From an uncultured Bacilli bacterium (GTDB lineage: Bacteria > Bacillota_I > Bacilli_A > RF39 > UBA660): a stretch of 64,000 bases of DNA. Shown piece after piece: positions 27,205 to 36,087 of this stretch. A model generated the notes under the pieces. That model ran no database searches and was not told the DNA's origin. It saw only the letters and a program-made list of their open reading frames with translations. The DNA lies in NCBI GenBank assembly GCA_934183165.1, contig CAKPRZ010000004.1, forward strand, positions 5,998 through 69,997, in the 5' to 3' direction. The position numbers were made by a program, and so were the translations under genes. Positions within the stretch are counted from its first letter, which is position 1. The number at the start of each line of letters is the position of its first letter.

Positions 27205-29262
27205 ATGAATTTAAATTTAGAAAATGGATATACTGTTACTTTACCTTCAAAAGGAAAGCATAATATATATTATGGACCAAATAAAATAGGTAAAACTCAG
27301 ATATCTCGTTCGATGAAAAAATATTATGAAGAAATAAGTGAAAAAGTTCTTTTGTTTAATGAAAATATTTTAAGTGATATGATTATTCAAAGTAGTGAAG
27401 ATATTAATTCTTTTGAAGTAATGCCTATGGCACAAGAGTATAATAAATACTATAATAATATGCAAAAAAGTAAAGAAAAATTATCAATGAAAAATAGTTT
27501 AAAGGATTTATGCTTAGTTAATACAAAAAAGGCATTTCAAGGGTTTGAAAAAATAAGTGAGTATATTAATGATGATAATACTTATTCTTATAATGGTGAT
27601 GATTTATTACCATTTTATAGTCAAGATGATATCAAGGATATGTATAAGCCAAAAAAGGTAAATATGAATATTTTTGAAATAATTGATAATCTGAAAAAAG
27701 ATAATATCAAAATAATACCAGATAATGTTAAGAAAATTGTTGAGCATGATATATATAGTATTCAATTGAAAATAAATCAAGACCCAGATAAATACAAGAA
27801 TTGTCCTGTTTGTTTTTCACCTATTTGTCAAGAAAATTTAGATAAGATAAGAGAAAGCATTGAAAATGGTTCAATCGAAAAAGAATTGCAATTATCAATA
27901 TTATTCTATTTAGACAATAAAAGTGATATTTTAAGGAATAAAATGTCTGAGATATTATTGTGCGAATCATATGAATCATTTGAAAAAGATTTTAAGTTGG
28001 ATGTTGAAAAATCTATTATTTCTTATTTAAGTAATCAGTATGATAAAAAGGATGTTATAAATTATAAAGAAAATAAAACAAAAGTTGAAGAAATATTAAA
28101 TAAAACAAAGGATTTTAAAATAACTGAAAATATTGAATTAAGTAATTATATAAAAAATAAATTAAAGAATCATACGGTTTATAAAAATACAGATATAGAA
28201 ATAAAAATTAGTGATGGAAAGTTAAAAGTTTTAAATAGTCAAGTTGAATATGACAAAATGTCTAAATCGGAACAAAATTATTTTAAATTTCTTTATTTTG
28301 ATATTTTAGTTCATCAAAAGATTTTAGAAGGAAAATTGCATATAATTATTGATGATCCATTTGATAGTTATGATGATATTTATGTCCAAGATTCAATAGC
28401 AATAATAACAAAATTAATAAATGAACATATTGAAGATATTGATACAATTGATATTTTTTCTCACAGTATGTATATTCTTGATTTATATGATTCATTGAAA
28501 AAAATATATAATAAATTTAATATTTACTGGATGGATCAAATTGGTTTAACAAAAGAAATAAATATATTTGAAGATGGCTATCTTTTGTTTGAAAAAATAG
28601 ATATAAATCCTTACGATTATGGAATTATATTGAAGATTAGCGATAAAATGGTTGATAAATATTCATTGATTGCATTTGCTGCACTTTTAAGAAATGAAAT
28701 AAATGTAGAGCGTTTGTTATTTAAAAATAATAGCAATGGTGAACTTTCTGATGTGAAAAATAAAGTAGAAGAACTATATAATAAAATATCAGAATCAATC
28801 GATCATGTGAGGCAGGAAATATCAATAATTGAATTAAATAACATTATTAATGAAATATTTTATTTTGGCTTAAACGATAACGAAATACAGAATGTGTCAT
28901 CTTTATTTGATGATATTTCAAAAGATTATGTTGATATAGATATAAAAGCAAAAACTGGTTCTGGAAATGTTGTATCGGTTCCTAAAAATGATATTTGTTA
29001 TATATTAATTTATAAAATATTATTTGGTTTGAAAATTAGAAGATTATTAGAAAAGAAGGTTTATGATATTGTACAAGAAGACTACACTGAAGTGTGGGAT
29101 TTAATTGAAAAAATACCAAATACTCCATTGTATGATTATTATAATTTATATAAATACATAATTAATTCGTTTAATCATTCTTCATCAAGAGTTGTTCCAC
29201 CAATTTTTGTGTATAGTTTCAAATCATTACGAGAAATGTATGAAGAATTACAAGCATTGTAG
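27205..29262 (+). CDS. SMC/Rad50-like P-loop ATPase with CxxC zinc-hook-like insert and uncharacterised C-terminal domain
   Basis: Walker A GPNKIGKT near the N-terminus. CPVCFSPIC about 170 aa later. Walker B-like IIIDDPFDSYDD around aa 380. About 300 aa of unknown C-terminal region. Confidence 0.55.
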   Translation: MNLNLENGYTVTLPSKGKHNIYYGPNKIGKTQISRSMKKYYEEISEKVLLFNENILSDMIIQSSEDINSFEVMPMAQEYNKYYNNMQKSKEKLSMKNSLKDLCLVNTKKAFQGFEKISEYINDDNTYSYNGDDLLPFYSQDDIKDMYKPKKVNMNIFEIIDNLKKDNIKIIPDNVKKIVEHDIYSIQLKINQDPDKYKNCPVCFSPICQENLDKIRESIENGSIEKELQLSILFYLDNKSDILRNKMSEILLCESYESFEKDFKLDVEKSIISYLSNQYDKKDVINYKENKTKVEEILNKTKDFKITENIELSNYIKNKLKNHTVYKNTDIEIKISDGKLKVLNSQVEYDKMSKSEQNYFKFLYFDILVHQKILEGKLHIIIDDPFDSYDDIYVQDSIAIITKLINEHIEDIDTIDIFSHSMYILDLYDSLKKIYNKFNIYWMDQIGLTKEINIFEDGYLLFEKIDINPYDYGIILKISDKMVDKYSLIAFAALLRNEINVERLLFKNNSNGELSDVKNKVEELYNKISESIDHVRQEISIIELNNIINEIFYFGLNDNEIQNVSSLFDDISKDYVDIDIKAKTGSGNVVSVPKNDICYILIYKILFGLKIRRLLEKKVYDIVQEDYTEVWDLIEKIPNTPLYDYYNLYKYIINSFNHSSSRVVPPIFVYSFKSLREMYEELQAL

Positions 29263-29506
29263 AATTCTAGATACTAAAACTAGATACTAAATCTCAAAAA
29301 TAAAGTTATTCTTATAAACTTTGGTAAATTATGATAAAAGAAAAAGCCTTAATTTATAAGACTTTAACTAAATATTAAATTATTACGAACTGATATTAAT
29401 ATTTCCCCCTGAAGGAGCCGAAAGACTCCATTTTTGTTTGCTGTAAACTAAGACGAATAACTTTTTAATATTTATGTTATAATGTTTATATATTAGGAGG
29501 TTCCAA

Positions 29507-29911
29507 ATGAAAGTAATAAGTATTAAAGAACCATTTGCAACTTTGATAGCTAACGGTATTAAAAAAATAGAAACAAGAAGTTGGAAAACTAATTATCGTG
29601 GTGAATTATTTATACATGCTAGTGGAAAGCAACTTGCCAAAGAATTTATTAAAAATGATTTTGTATTAGATTTAATAAAAAATATGGACATGAATTATGG
29701 TAATATTATTTGTAAATGTAATTTAGTTGACTGCATCTATATGGATGAACAATTTTTAAATTATATAAAGCAAAATCAAATAGAATATAATCTAGGCGAA
29801 TATAAACTAGGAAGGTATGCATGGATTATAGAAGATGTAGAACCTATTTATCCAATATCTGCAAAGGGACGATTAAACCTTTGGAATTTTGATGATATAC
29901 AAAATAAATAA
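29507..29911 (+). CDS. ASCH domain protein (PUA-like fold)
   Basis: MKVISIKEPFATLIANGIKKIETRSW...GELFIHAS matches the ASCH pattern. RBS aggagg. Confidence 0.7.
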   Translation: MKVISIKEPFATLIANGIKKIETRSWKTNYRGELFIHASGKQLAKEFIKNDFVLDLIKNMDMNYGNIICKCNLVDCIYMDEQFLNYIKQNQIEYNLGEYKLGRYAWIIEDVEPIYPISAKGRLNLWNFDDIQNK

Positions 29912-29974
29912 ATGTATTGTTTGCTGAACCATGTCTGTGATATATTATTACTATAATAGAGGTATGGTAGTAAG

Positions 29975-30517
29975 ATGAAAAAATTATGTACAAAAGAAAT
30001 AATTGATAAGATATTAGTAATGTCAATAATAATGGTTATTAGTGGCGTTTTTGGATTTATATATGAGGTCTTATTTTACAAAATAGAATTGGGATACTTT
30101 GTAAAAAGAGGCACGGTATATGGACCTTGGATACCAATATATGGATTTGGAGGATTATTTATATTTATTACAACTTATAAACATAAAGATAAAGTAAGCT
30201 TAACCTTTTTAATAAGCTTGTTAGTATGTGGCCTTTTAGAATTTATGACAGGATATTTGTTATATCACATAGAAGGAATAAGATTATGGGACTACAATAA
30301 TGAAATTTTAAATTCTGGTAACATAGGTGGATATGTTTGCTTAAGATCTGTAGTTTTCTTTGGCATATCTGGTCTTTTCTTGATGAGGTGTGTATTGCCT
30401 TTAATTACCAATTTAAAAACAAAGTTATCATTTAAAAAATTCTCTTTTATTAGTGTATTTCCATGTACGTTATTTTTGATTGATTTCATAGTTAGTGATA
30501 TTTTTAAATTAAAATAG
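29975..30517 (+). CDS. Small polytopic membrane protein (possibly DUF1113 / 'putative ABC-transporter type IV' family)
   Basis: 4-5 TM helices. Motif GFIYEVLFY...GTVYGPWIPIYGFGG. Confidence 0.45.
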   Translation: MKKLCTKEIIDKILVMSIIMVISGVFGFIYEVLFYKIELGYFVKRGTVYGPWIPIYGFGGLFIFITTYKHKDKVSLTFLISLLVCGLLEFMTGYLLYHIEGIRLWDYNNEILNSGNIGGYVCLRSVVFFGISGLFLMRCVLPLITNLKTKLSFKKFSFISVFPCTLFLIDFIVSDIFKLK

Positions 30518-30559
30518 ATTAATAAATGTGTTATACTTACAAAGATAAGTGGTGATAAA

Positions 30560-33500
30560 ATGAGTGAAAAGTTAACATTAGATGAATTTAATTCTATAAT
30601 AAAAAAACTAAATGATGAGTCTTATTCTATCGATGAAAAATTATCTTTTCAAGAAAAATTATTGTTATCTGATCTAAGTAATATTCCATCTACAGAGTGG
30701 GGAAAAGTAACCCTTATGACAGATGGTAATATGATCGATTTCTCTAAAACAAAAGCTAATATTGATTTTAATATATTTAAATATTTAGGAAATGGTAATT
30801 TTAAGAATTGTAATATCACTCATTTAGAAAACTTTCCCGGATATCTTAACCATTCAAATTTTGATGAAAAAGCTATGAAAGATAATAAAGAATTGTTTTT
30901 ATCAAATCTTTTTTCAGATGAATTCAAAGACAAATATTATTCTAGAATGATAACAATGGATGATTTGTCTTTATTAAATGATGCACAAATAAACGAATTA
31001 AAAGTCAAAAATATTCCTCACTATGTAGGATCAGCGGAAATTAACATTCAATTACTTGAAACACTAGGAATAGAAAAAATTCTAAAAATATATAAAACTT
31101 CTAAAAATGATTATGATGCAATCAATTCTATTTACAATAATTACGCTTCTATATTATATGAAGAAGATAAAAATATTGTTGATGAACTAAAAAACACTCA
31201 GGCAACTAGAATAAAAAATGTATTATTTACAAAGTTAAAACAATATTTAAGCAAAGATGATTATGAAGGTATTGATTTAGAGATGCTCCCTAAGATGTTT
31301 TTAGAGGAATATATTAAAAAATTTAATTTAGATGATGAATTAATAAATGCTTTTGGAATTGATAATGTTTTAAAACTCGAAAATGAAACAAAAATATTTT
31401 CTATATGCAAAAATTTGAGTTTTGATGAAGATGATCTTGAAAATTTCCAAAATGGTAATCTATCTTATGAAGAATTTAGAGATGCATTTGCCGATTTACT
31501 TAATAAAGCGCGACTAGTAGGAAGATATAAAATAAGTAAGGAATATGATTATGATTTAGAAAAAATGGTAACTAAAGATAATAGTTATAGTTTTATTTTT
31601 GGAAAATTTAGACAGGATTTTCCAGATATTTTTATTGATGATAAAGCACCAGATAAATTAAAGAAAGAATTTTATGAAGGAAAACTAACTTTTAATTGTC
31701 TACTTAATCATGAATACATACCATACATTAAAACAAAAAATCTTTCTAAATTGTTTAATTTTTCTTCCAATAAATCAAGTGAAAAATTTGTTTATGATTA
31801 TACTAGAAAATTTGGTAATAGTAAATTTATAAGTTTGGTAAAAAAATATAATATTACAGACTTAAAGATTTTAAATTCTGAAAAATCAGATTTTGATTTT
31901 AAGAGTAAAGAAGGTTTTGAAAAATACTTACGTGATATTCTATATGACAAATTATGCCAAAACGATGATTTACCAGATACGACTAGAAAAACTATTCTTG
32001 CTAACAATGATTTTAGAAATGAACATCCAAATGTAGTTATTGATCTAGAAGCATTGTCAAATTTAAATATTCCTAATAACGATTATGAATTATTGAAGGA
32101 AAAGATTTCATATAACTATTTAACTGCCAATGATGTTATGCATTATCCAGAACTTGTATCTTTATTAAAAGGTAAAGATTTAACTACAGTATTAAGTATT
32201 AGCAACACGATTCATCTATTGAAAAAATTAAATGAAGATGAAATATTGAACTTAATAGCAAAATATGGAAAGTCTTTTAATTATGCATTTAAAATAATAT
32301 CCGAAAACTATGATAGTGAACTAGAAAATCTATCTTATGAAGATATTGAAAATAAAATAGAAAAAACTATTGTTGATGAATACAAAAATGGTAAATATTT
32401 TTATAATGAGGATTCTCCAGAAGTAATAAAAGAAAAATATCCTGAATTATATTTGGATTCTTCTGCTCCTGATGAATTAAAAAATAGATTTTATAATATA
32501 GCTAATCAAAAACTTACTTTTCCTGACTTACGTGCTCATAAAGAGTGGTTACCCTACTTAGAAGGAAAATCTGTTATAACAGCGTTACTTAAAAGCTGTC
32601 GTGATCCTGAGATATTAAAAAAATATTTTGATTTGTTTGGTAATGAAAAAGCATTAAAACTTGGAATAAATAAATATGAAACAGTATTACCTATGTTACA
32701 ATTTGATAATGTAGAATTGATGAAAAAATGGTACGATAGAACAGGTCAAAGATTTTTACCTGATGCTGCTATAATAAATAATTTTGATTTAGCTGAAGCT
32801 GATAAATTTTTTAGATTTGGTTCTAATTGGACTAAATTGATGCAACTAAATAATTATTCTGTTGATTACGAAACAAAAGATGGTGTATTAAAATTAGCTT
32901 ATTCTTTTGGAGTCTTCGATGGGGATGAAAAAGGATTAAAATCGACTGTTGATATTTTGACTCGAATACCTAGAAAATTAAATCCTAATTATAGTTCTAC
33001 AATGAAAAAACTCATAAATCAAGCAAACAATGATGTTTTATTTAAATCTTTTTTAAATAAAGCAATAGAAGAAGAAAATGTACAAGTTAATTCTGATGAA
33101 CCTTTGCTTGATCAAATTTATAGAAAAAATGATGATAATTCATATACTTTAACGATTAACCAACAAAACTGTCCAAAAACTACTGGTTTAATTCGTAACC
33201 TAATGGCACAGTATGAAGATTTACCAGTATTACATTATCTTAAGGTTCATAGCTTGTTTAGTGGCTTTAGTATGAAATATGATAAAGATTTTAGAGATTT
33301 CCTTGTTAATAATATAGATGAGATTTTATCTAGTCCAGAATATACAACTTATTTGTCAAAAATACAAAGACAATTTTCAGAAATAAAGGCTATAAATAGT
33401 AATAGAAAGTTAACGCTAGAGTTAGCAAAAAATTATGTTATAAGTAATAAGTATATTGGTATTCAACCAGGAAATGAGTTGGCAGCAGATATATCAGCAA

Positions 33501-34669
33501 CGGCTGGTTATAGTCAAACTGACTTTGATGTTTTACAAGAAATATATAATTATGGTAAACAAAGAACGTTTAGTAGTATTCCTAGAATAGAGGGACAAAA
33601 AGATGATTATAAATACGAAATGTTAAGACTAGATGATGCTCTTGCAATGGCAATTGGTGCTTTTACTGATTGTTGCCAAGAGTTAGGAGACGTTGCTGAA
33701 ATGTGTATGGAGCATAGTATGGTTGATAAAAATGGTCGTGTTTTTGTAATTAAAGATAGTGATAATAATATAGTAGCTCAAAGTTGGGTATGGAGAAATA
33801 AAAGTGTATTATGTTTTGACAACATTGAAATTCCTAGCAAAGCCTTTAATAGAGCATTAAAACTAAGAAGTGAACATAGAGACTTATTTTCACAAGAAGT
33901 ATATGATGTATATAAGCAAGCAGCAATAGAACTTATGAATAAAGATGAAGAAAAATATGCTAAATTGCTTTCTGAAGGATTCATTAGTAAAGAACAATAT
34001 GATGGATTACATTTGAGTAAAGTTACAGTTGGACTTGGCTACAATGATATTGCTAATACCATAAAAAAGAATGCAAAATTGGAAAAAGATCATATAACAA
34101 GGCCACTTCCTTTTGATGCTCCTGTGAAATTAAAGAATCAATTATATGCAAATGATTCAACAACTCAATTTATATTGAATGAGAATAAAGATGAATTTAA
34201 TTATTCTGGAGATACATTGCCTATTTATAGTGATGAATATCAGGAATATGATGATAGCAATTTTAACCCTAAACTGCTACTAACTCTTAATAAATTAGAA
34301 ATGTTAACTAAAAACAAATATAGTGATTTAGAAACAGATGTTGTAGCAGATAATTCTAACATAGTTAGTTCAATTGCTGAAAACTATAATTTAGATCCAT
34401 CAAGTACTAAAATAGTTATGAATCCTAATTTTGCAATTATTTATGCTTGTGAAGATGATAATTTAAAAATTGGTGATTTGTTATACAATAATAAGCTTGG
34501 TGATGATAAAGTTTTAGTAATGCAAATCAAATTAGCTTTAGATCAAATAAGTAAAGATAAAAAAATAGATATATCTAAATTAACGGAAAATCAATTAGAA
34601 GTATTCAATGATGCTAATGCTATAGGAAACGAAATAGAAATAGAAAAAGGATTAGGAAATTCAAAGTAA
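30560..34669 (+). CDS. Very large (1369 aa) cytoplasmic-type orphan protein with internal repeats
   Basis: No signal peptide or TM. Repeated roughly 45-aa units (F..DFPDIFIDDKAPDKLKKEFYEGKLTFNCLLNHEYIPY and YPELYLDSSAPDELKNRFYNIANQKLTFPDLRAHKEWLPY). Cys/His cluster FTDCCQELGDVAEMCMEHS near residue 1040. Confidence 0.7.
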   Translation: MSEKLTLDEFNSIIKKLNDESYSIDEKLSFQEKLLLSDLSNIPSTEWGKVTLMTDGNMIDFSKTKANIDFNIFKYLGNGNFKNCNITHLENFPGYLNHSNFDEKAMKDNKELFLSNLFSDEFKDKYYSRMITMDDLSLLNDAQINELKVKNIPHYVGSAEINIQLLETLGIEKILKIYKTSKNDYDAINSIYNNYASILYEEDKNIVDELKNTQATRIKNVLFTKLKQYLSKDDYEGIDLEMLPKMFLEEYIKKFNLDDELINAFGIDNVLKLENETKIFSICKNLSFDEDDLENFQNGNLSYEEFRDAFADLLNKARLVGRYKISKEYDYDLEKMVTKDNSYSFIFGKFRQDFPDIFIDDKAPDKLKKEFYEGKLTFNCLLNHEYIPYIKTKNLSKLFNFSSNKSSEKFVYDYTRKFGNSKFISLVKKYNITDLKILNSEKSDFDFKSKEGFEKYLRDILYDKLCQNDDLPDTTRKTILANNDFRNEHPNVVIDLEALSNLNIPNNDYELLKEKISYNYLTANDVMHYPELVSLLKGKDLTTVLSISNTIHLLKKLNEDEILNLIAKYGKSFNYAFKIISENYDSELENLSYEDIENKIEKTIVDEYKNGKYFYNEDSPEVIKEKYPELYLDSSAPDELKNRFYNIANQKLTFPDLRAHKEWLPYLEGKSVITALLKSCRDPEILKKYFDLFGNEKALKLGINKYETVLPMLQFDNVELMKKWYDRTGQRFLPDAAIINNFDLAEADKFFRFGSNWTKLMQLNNYSVDYETKDGVLKLAYSFGVFDGDEKGLKSTVDILTRIPRKLNPNYSSTMKKLINQANNDVLFKSFLNKAIEEENVQVNSDEPLLDQIYRKNDDNSYTLTINQQNCPKTTGLIRNLMAQYEDLPVLHYLKVHSLFSGFSMKYDKDFRDFLVNNIDEILSSPEYTTYLSKIQRQFSEIKAINSNRKLTLELAKNYVISNKYIGIQPGNELAADISATAGYSQTDFDVLQEIYNYGKQRTFSSIPRIEGQKDDYKYEMLRLDDALAMAIGAFTDCCQELGDVAEMCMEHSMVDKNGRVFVIKDSDNNIVAQSWVWRNKSVLCFDNIEIPSKAFNRALKLRSEHRDLFSQEVYDVYKQAAIELMNKDEEKYAKLLSEGFISKEQYDGLHLSKVTVGLGYNDIANTIKKNAKLEKDHITRPLPFDAPVKLKNQLYANDSTTQFILNENKDEFNYSGDTLPIYSDEYQEYDDSNFNPKLLLTLNKLEMLTKNKYSDLETDVVADNSNIVSSIAENYNLDPSSTKIVMNPNFAIIYACEDDNLKIGDLLYNNKLGDDKVLVMQIKLALDQISKDKKIDISKLTENQLEVFNDANAIGNEIEIEKGLGNSK

Positions 34670-34686
34670 AGTGAATTTCCTTTTTT
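34654..34686 (+). terminator. Rho-independent terminator
   Basis: ggaaattca-aagtaaag-tgaatttcc 9-bp stem followed by tttttt. Confidence 0.7.
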
Positions 34687-34868
34687 AGTTATAAATTGGT
34701 TTTAAAATACATATTTATATATGAATGCTTAACTAAGATTAGTTAATTTTTACTTAACTTTCATAATTATGTATGTTATACTAACCTTAGAGTAGTAGTG
34801 TGTTTTGAGTGTATTATTGGCATTCAATATGTAGTCTATTCAATATTAAACGAAGGAGAGGGAAGAAA

Positions 34869-36083
34869 ATGGGATTTATTAAAGCATTTTCAGGAGCACT
34901 AAGTGGTACATTTGCCGATCAATGGAAAGATTTTTATGTACCTATGCAAGGTGTTCCAGCAACAGCAGCATTATTTCGCGCAGTACCACAAGGTACTAAT
35001 GCAGGAAGGGGAGAAAATACTAAAGGTTCTGAAAATATAATCACTAATGGTAGTAAGATTATTGTCCCAGAAGGTACAGCATTAATAACTATTCAAGATG
35101 GACAAATAACAGGTTTAGTTGCGGAACCAGGTGGATTTGAATTCAGAAGTGATGATCCTAATTCAAAATCAGTTTTCAGTGGAGATGGAATTTTATCATC
35201 TACTATTGGAACAACATGGGACAGAGTAAAATTTGGTGGTCAACCAGGAACTCAACAATTAGCATTCTATGTTAATTTAAAAGAAATTCCAAATAATAGA
35301 TTTGGTACTCAATCAGAAATTTATTGGGATGATGCATATTTAAATACACAGGTTGGAGCAGTAACAAGAGGTACATATACATTAAAAATAGTAGATCCAC
35401 TATTATTTGTTAAGAATTTTGTACCACAAATGTACTTACAACCTAATGCCCCTGTATTTGATTTTGCAGATGATGAAAATGATGCAGGAACTCAATTATT
35501 TAATGAAGTAGTTGGAACTTTGTCTGCAGCATTCTCTAATTATACAAATGATCCAAGTAAAGGAAATCGTATTGCAAAAATTCAAGGAGATCAAATTGGA
35601 TTTGCTCAAGCAATGAGTCAAGCAGTAGAAGAAGCATATCAATGGAAGAGTAGTAGAGGTCTAGAAATTGCTAAGACAGCTATCCTTGCTATTGAATATG
35701 ATGAAGATACTAAAGAATTAATGAAAGATGTTAAGAAGGCTGACGCATTATCTGGTGCAAGAGGAAATTCATTCATGCAACAATCAGTTGCACGTGGAAT
35801 GCAAGCAGCAGGCGAAAATCCAAATGGTGGTGGTACTGCAATGGCATTTATGGGAATGGGTATGAATGCAGCAGGAGGTATGATGCAAGGTATGCAACAA
35901 CCACAACAAGCTGCACAAAACCCATTTATAAATACTGGAGTACAACAACAAGCACCAGCACAACAACCACAAACTCAAGCAGATCCTTATGAAGAATTAA
36001 AAAAAGCTAAAGAGTTATTGGATGCTGGAATCATTTCACAAGAAGATTTCGATGCAAAGAAAAAAAGTTTACTAGGTATATAA
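34869..36083 (+). CDS. SPFH-domain protein of the COG4260 'virion core protein-like' family with C-terminal SHOCT domain (B. subtilis YdjI-like)
   Basis: Start MGFIKAFSGALSGTFADQWKDF after RBS aaggagaggg. The listed ORF starts 60 nt upstream. Q-rich linker. C-terminal SHOCT signature YEELKKAKELLDAGIISQEDFDAKKKSLLG. Confidence 0.7.
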   Translation: MGFIKAFSGALSGTFADQWKDFYVPMQGVPATAALFRAVPQGTNAGRGENTKGSENIITNGSKIIVPEGTALITIQDGQITGLVAEPGGFEFRSDDPNSKSVFSGDGILSSTIGTTWDRVKFGGQPGTQQLAFYVNLKEIPNNRFGTQSEIYWDDAYLNTQVGAVTRGTYTLKIVDPLLFVKNFVPQMYLQPNAPVFDFADDENDAGTQLFNEVVGTLSAAFSNYTNDPSKGNRIAKIQGDQIGFAQAMSQAVEEAYQWKSSRGLEIAKTAILAIEYDEDTKELMKDVKKADALSGARGNSFMQQSVARGMQAAGENPNGGGTAMAFMGMGMNAAGGMMQGMQQPQQAAQNPFINTGVQQQAPAQQPQTQADPYEELKKAKELLDAGIISQEDFDAKKKSLLGI

Positions 36084-36087
36084 ATTT

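Noticed and set aside
29263-29506. Possible independent sRNA ending at the ggag-ccgaaaga-ctcc hairpin (29414-29440)
   Set aside because: No convincing -35/-10 pair upstream. The hairpin is weak (4-5 bp). It is most simply the terminator of the 27205-29262 gene, so it is reported only as part of the CCCCCTGA motif observation.
34809-34868. Listed start of SPFH gene at 34809 (MYYWHSICSLFNIKRRRGKK...)
   Set aside because: The conserved family N-terminus MGFIKAFSG begins at 34869 and is preceded by a strong RBS (aaggagaggg). The upstream extension has no RBS.
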